Assembly (NCBI GenBank): GCA_013265495.1
Contig: MU058636.1
Span: 6,917,741 to 6,958,292, forward strand
Direction of reading: 5' to 3'
Source: Vicugna vicugna
Taxonomy: Eukaryota
Length of the DNA: 40,552 nucleotides
A program made the translations under genes and the position numbers. A model generated the notes under the pieces. That model made no database searches. It was given only the letters and a program-made list of their open reading frames with translations, and was not told the origin of the DNA. This document shows, in pieces, positions 37,246-40,552 of the stretch (the first letter of the stretch is position 1; each line of letters starts with the position of its first letter).

Positions 37246-39004
37246 CATGGTCAGATGAGTTTGGGATGTGAGTTGGGATGTTGAATTAAAGAAAATTAAA
37301 CAGTTTTGTTTAATGCAGGTTTACACTTACATAGAAAATTCTTCACTAGAACCCCTAAAAGTATTTGTTTATTGAGTTTTTCTATATGGGAGGGTATTCT
37401 AAAACATTTGTTAATAGTCTCTATCTCTGTTTTGAGGCAATTGTAAGAGAAAAATTTCTTGGTATTTTGCGAAGTTTTTGCTGTCTTTAAATAGATCATT
37501 AATCAGTCATATCTGTATTGCTTTAGAAAGGATTCAGAGAAGACAGAGGTCATTTGTTATTAGCTAAACTGTACATCGCTTTATCCTCATTATTTATATT
37601 TAAATTCAGGAAAACTTCCATTGAAGATCAAATCCATGGACATGGATTGATGAATTGCAAACTGTGTGCTGAGTTTTCTATTCGTGTTTTTATGTCATTG
37701 GTTTAAGCATATAAGCTGCCTCTGTGTAAAAGAGGAAGTATGAAACTGATTAAATATTGAATAAAAACTGCCCATCTGTAATTAAAGGATGCATAGAACA
37801 TCTCATTTTATTAATATGTCCTAATTATTAAATTTACATGAAATATTTAAATTTTGAAAATTGAGTCAAAATAAACAAAAGTGAAATTTAATGCATGAAA
37901 CTTATCTAAATTGGGAGGGTAGTTTAAAACCATCCTAAAAATGAACAAGAAAGTTTTCAGATACCACATTTTACTAGAAAACTTAATTTAAATGTAATCT
38001 AATAACTGAGGCATGAATATTGAAGTAAATATTTAAATATACTTAAATTATATAAGCACGTGTTATGCTACCTTTGGAAAAACATTCTATACCTGAACAC
38101 TTGAAAATGAATTCAAAATGAAATGTTACATTTAAATATCAGTTTTAAAATAATCACAAAATCATTCCTCTATTGTACATACAGTTTTTTAAAAGTATTT
38201 AACTACATTAATGAGAATTAGGGGGTAAACGTATCATGAAGTGTTTGCTGTGTGGGTACTGAACTAGTGGGGGACTTTCGTTCTTGTCTGTTAGTGTGAC
38301 AATTATATAAATCGGGAGTGGGGGATTACCTTTAAAAATGGCTTTCTTTCTTTTAGGATTCGTATTTGTGGGGAAAAAAACAAGGTGGGAATGTGTGTAG
38401 GATTTGTTGTTTTTCTGAATTGGCAAAATTGAAAGTGCCAAAAGCATTGAGAGCCTTTATAAAGAGAAAGTTAATTGTGAAACAAGTAAGCATACTTTTT
38501 CAATTAATTTAAAATAAATGTGTTAGATAACTTTTTTGGGATGGAAATATTTTTCTTTGGCATACCTCATAAATAACAGAAAGAATCAAGTAGAAACGGA
38601 CCAGCTTGCATTTGATTACTGAAATGATCATCTTGCCTAAAGCAAACTCCACAAAGGCAGAATAAATTGTCACTGTGTTCTTAATTTGTTGTTATATTTT
38701 CAAACTATTTGGGTTAAATATTTTACTGGCAAGTCATTCCCTTCTACAAAGGCAGGATAAGCTGCTAAGAAAGTGATACTTTTAGTTCCATCATCAGTAG
38801 TTTGAAAACTACTTCCAGCCCATTTAATATGAAATCAGTGGGAAAGCCAAATAGGCCATATATGACTTTGTTAAAATTTATTAGCATGTTTAATAATTAG
38901 TAGCTCTGCTCTGCCTTTCAAGACTTGTCTCTGTCATAATTTCATTTTAAGAGTTAACTCTAATTTTATTACATGAAAACACCATGAGAGGACAATTAAA
39001 CTAA

Positions 39005-39390
39005 CAAATGCTGTGGCATACGTATTATTTGCTAACTGTTCTAAGTACTGTGGGGTTGCAGAGCTGCATAAAGCACATACCCTGGCCTCTTGTTTCCAAT
39101 CTAGTAAGAGACTCAAGGCATAAATCCTTGATTAAATGAAAAATCGAGATCTACCAGAACATGGTCAAATGTTTAATTGCCAAAGTTACAAGCAAGGATG
39201 TTTTAGAGAGAAGAAAAAAAGCATGTGATACAAAACGTACATAGAAACATAGCAAAGAGTAATGCATGCTAATTGATAAGCATGAACATTTCCATGAGAG
39301 GAGCAGCACATCAGTAGGAATGAACAGCACAAATCTGGGGGACGGTCAAGGGGAGTAGAGATTTTAAATTATGCAGTAGGGGTGATGATA
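39005..39390 (-). mobile_element. Degenerate L2 3' region
   Basis: 'actgttctaagtactgtggggttgcagagctgcataaagcacataccctggcctc...aatctagtaagagac'. Confidence 0.45.
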
Positions 39391-39624
39391 CTGGAAAGAG
39401 GGCCACTCAGTGGGCCACACAAAGCAGGACAAAAGATTTACTTCTGCATGTCTGTCACTTCAGTCAGATGTTGCATTAAAAAAATGTTAGGCTTGTAAAA
39501 AATATATCTGAATTTCTGGAAAACTTCCTGTTTAGTTTGATAGAAGTGCACGACTGTATACACTTGAATTTGTATAGCAGCTGGCAGACTTGTAGCAAGC
39601 ACAGAGCAAGGAGCGTTAATGAGA

Positions 39625-39730
39625 ACTATTACTCCCATGTAGGTAAGAAAACGAGTACTCAGACAAGTCGTCATTCACCTAGTGAATGGCTGAGCTGGGA
39701 TTTGAACCTGTTTCTGACTACCCTTGCCTC
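39625..39730 (-). mobile_element. MIR fragment
   Basis: 'actattactcccatgtaggtaagaaaac...cacctagtgaatggctgagctgggatttgaacctg...tctgact'. Confidence 0.65.
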
Positions 39731-39739
39731 CTGCCACTG

Positions 39740-39855
39740 GCGCTCACTTCTGTGTCCCGTGTACTGGGCTGAACACACTACATGCGTTCCTCACAATTCT
39801 AACATAGGTTTTATTTATTCCCGTCTTATACATGAAGGAACTGAGGTTTAGAAAA
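39740..39855 (-). mobile_element. MIR fragment
   Basis: 'cgctcacttctgtgtccc...tcctcacaattct...tattcccgtcttatacatgaaggaactgaggtttaga'. Confidence 0.6.
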
Positions 39856-40096
39856 TGCAACAGTGAAAATCATAAACTTAATTTTAAATAATACCAGGCT
39901 TGTATATGTTATATAACTGATACGACACCTTTTATTTAAAATGCTATTGAAAAAAAATTTACTTTGTAGTAATAGATACAATTTTTAAGATAATTGAAAA
40001 TTGTACAATTTATCATGAGGATATTTCTCAAAGTTAAGTAAATTGCTTTCTGTGTGATTTCTTATAGTGATCAATTTTTGAAGTCTTATGGGGAAG

Positions 40097-40552
40097 TTTT
40101 TTTTTTCTCTGTGATTTATCATAACATTTTGTGTATATTTCCCTGTGCTATACAGTGTAATCTTGTTTATCTATTCTACAATTTTGAAATCCCAGTCTAT
40201 CCCTTCCCACCCTCTACCCCCCTGGTAACCACAAGTCTGTATTCTCTGTCCATGAGTCTATATCTGTCCTGTATTTATGCTTTGTTTTTGTTTGTTTGTT
40301 TGTTTTTGTTTTTTAGATTCCACATATGAGCGATCTCATATGGTATTTTTCTTTCTCTTTCTGGCTTACTTCACTTAGAATGACATTCTCTAGGAGCATC
40401 CATGTTGCTGCAAATGGCATTATGTTGTCGGTTTTTATGGCTGAGTAGTATTCCATTGTATAAATATACCACATCTTCTTTATCCAGTCACCTGTTGATG
40501 GACATTTAGGCTGTTTCCATGTTTTGGCTATTGTAAATAGTGCTGCTATGAA
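40097..40552 (-). mobile_element. Young camelid-type L1 3' UTR and ORF2 end, running off the window
   Basis: T10, then 'ctctgtgatttatcataac...ggcttacttcacttagaatgac...gatggacatttaggctgtttccatgttttggctattgtaaatagtgctgctatgaa', a well-preserved antisense L1. Shares 47 identical nt with the 5.2-kb copy. Confidence 0.92.

Larger units (their letters stand above)
3129..40552 (+). other. NBEA: 5' part (>37 kb) of a very long NBEA intron
   Basis: Begins GTGAGT. The expected next exon (..QLHDFWRLDYWEDDLRRRRRF..) was not seen. The sequence is repeat-rich and AT-rich. Confidence 0.8.

Noticed and set aside
3129..40552. Nested MAB21L1 gene or further NBEA exons
   Set aside because: No long single-exon minus-strand ORF or CpG island, and no FWRLDYWEDD-coding exon was found; they presumably lie outside the window.
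1..40552. CRISPR array, operon, defence system or other prokaryotic or viral system
   Set aside because: No regularly spaced repeats or gene-dense ORFs; the sequence is mammalian intron, and the remaining short ORFs are at chance length or repeat-derived.

Overview
This is AT-rich mammalian genomic DNA, most likely from a camelid (camel/llama/alpaca), judged from a tRNA-Ala-derived SINE and young L1 3' ends. The window lies inside a large + strand gene. Its only supportable coding sequence is a 167-bp internal exon at 2962-3128 ([55 protein letters not shown]), recognised as neurobeachin (NBEA, DUF1088 region upstream of PH-BEACH). The ORF track misses this exon's true frame. The rest is intron: old L1 (MC/MA/ME type), L2 and MIR fragments, a hAT-Charlie MITE, a probable ancient LTR, young lineage-specific L1 and SINE insertions, microsatellites, and several repeat-free, motif-dense blocks that may be enhancers. 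I found no evidence of a new multi-gene system, CRISPR array or RNA gene. The most interesting signals are small: a truncated L1 with a probable 3' transduction, an L1 ending at an internal A-tract, a 28-nt SINE remnant between long duplications, an ORF1/ORF2-fused L1, a perfect CArG palindrome in a candidate enhancer, and alternative or recursive splice-site candidates. Repeat subfamily names and cross-species comparisons come from recalled consensus sequences, not a search, and repeat boundaries are approximate.
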